From assembly GCF_001194135.2 (NCBI RefSeq), contig NC_068984.1, forward strand, positions 25,504,355 through 25,568,354: DNA of 64,000 bases, in the 5' to 3' direction. A model generated the notes under the pieces. It searched no databases. It had not been told where the DNA came from and saw only the letters and a list, made by a program, of their open reading frames with translations. The position numbers were made by a program, and so were the translations under genes. Source of the stretch: Octopus bimaculoides. Taxonomy: Eukaryota. Below are positions 63,476-64,000 of the stretch, piece by piece; within the stretch, counting starts at the first letter, position 1; each line of letters starts with the position of its first letter.

Positions 63476-63688
63476 TTTTCTTCTATAGGCACAAGGCCAG
63501 AAATTGGGGGGAAGATCGATAGTCGATTACGATTACATTGAACCCAGTGTTCAACTGGTACTTAATTTATTGACCCTGAAAGGATGAAAGGCAAAGTCAA
63601 CCTCGGTGGAATTCGAACTCAGAACATAGCGACAGGCGAAATACTGCTATGCATTTTGTCCAGCATGCTAACGATTCTGCCAGCTTGA
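63476..63688 (-). mobile_element. SINE-B, full length
   Basis: Plus GGATGAAAGGCAAAGTCAACCTCGGTGGAATTCGAACTCAGAAC...CATGCTAACGATTCTGCCAGC. Confidence 0.85.
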
Positions 63689-64000
63689 AGATAAAAGTTC
63701 TAACATCATAATATACTGGAAAAGAAAATTAATCATAGACTACACTGTTTGGAGATAGCAAAGTAAGATGTGACAGGAGATTTTACTGCTGTTTCTATCA
63801 AGTTCTCTGGTCTGACAGTGGTTTCTTTCATTAACTCAAATACAGAGATAAAACAGCAATATGAAAAGAACTGACAAAGACCTTTTTATGATGGTAGGTG
63901 ACACAGATGAACTAGTGCTCAACATTTCTATTCAATTATTATATAAAGTGATTAACTTTCTTGCTTGGATTTCCTCCACTCCCACCATCTTTCATATAAA

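Overview
AT-rich, repeat-dense eukaryotic DNA from a gapped scaffold (7 N-runs). The repeat landscape (tRNA-headed SINEs carrying microsatellites, RTE and Dong/R4-type LINE fragments, mariner, hAT, MITEs) looks like a coleoid cephalopod, probably Octopus; this is inferred from recalled repeat patterns, not from a search. I can support only one host coding exon: a 128-bp minus-strand exon at 38817-38944 encoding DLDIIYSYLHGMEALSLSRESALKALCRTVRYEHHDANEILY, the N-terminal cNMP-binding-like region of PDZ-GEF (RAPGEF2/6). I found no neighbouring exons, so most or all of the window appears intronic. Transposon content: one decayed mariner, one decayed hAT transposase, several RTE relics, one (TAA)n-embedded Dong/R4 fragment, about 30 RTE-tail elements, at least five SINE families (my working labels A1, A2, B, C, D), and hAT- and piggyBac-type MITEs. 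I see no clearly new multi-gene system. The best leads are: (i) a chimeric ~479-bp tandem unit containing a perfect 228-bp copy of DNA from 8 kb away; (ii) an intragenic CpG-retaining island with a 121-bp hairpin that buries a consensus splice donor; (iii) SINEs that swap 3' modules at an internal microsatellite; (iv) a non-coding 480-bp element embedded in (TAA)n, a possible Dong partner; (v) two more unrelated long fold-backs. Repeat boundaries are approximate unless TIRs or TSDs are quoted. All counts were done by hand.
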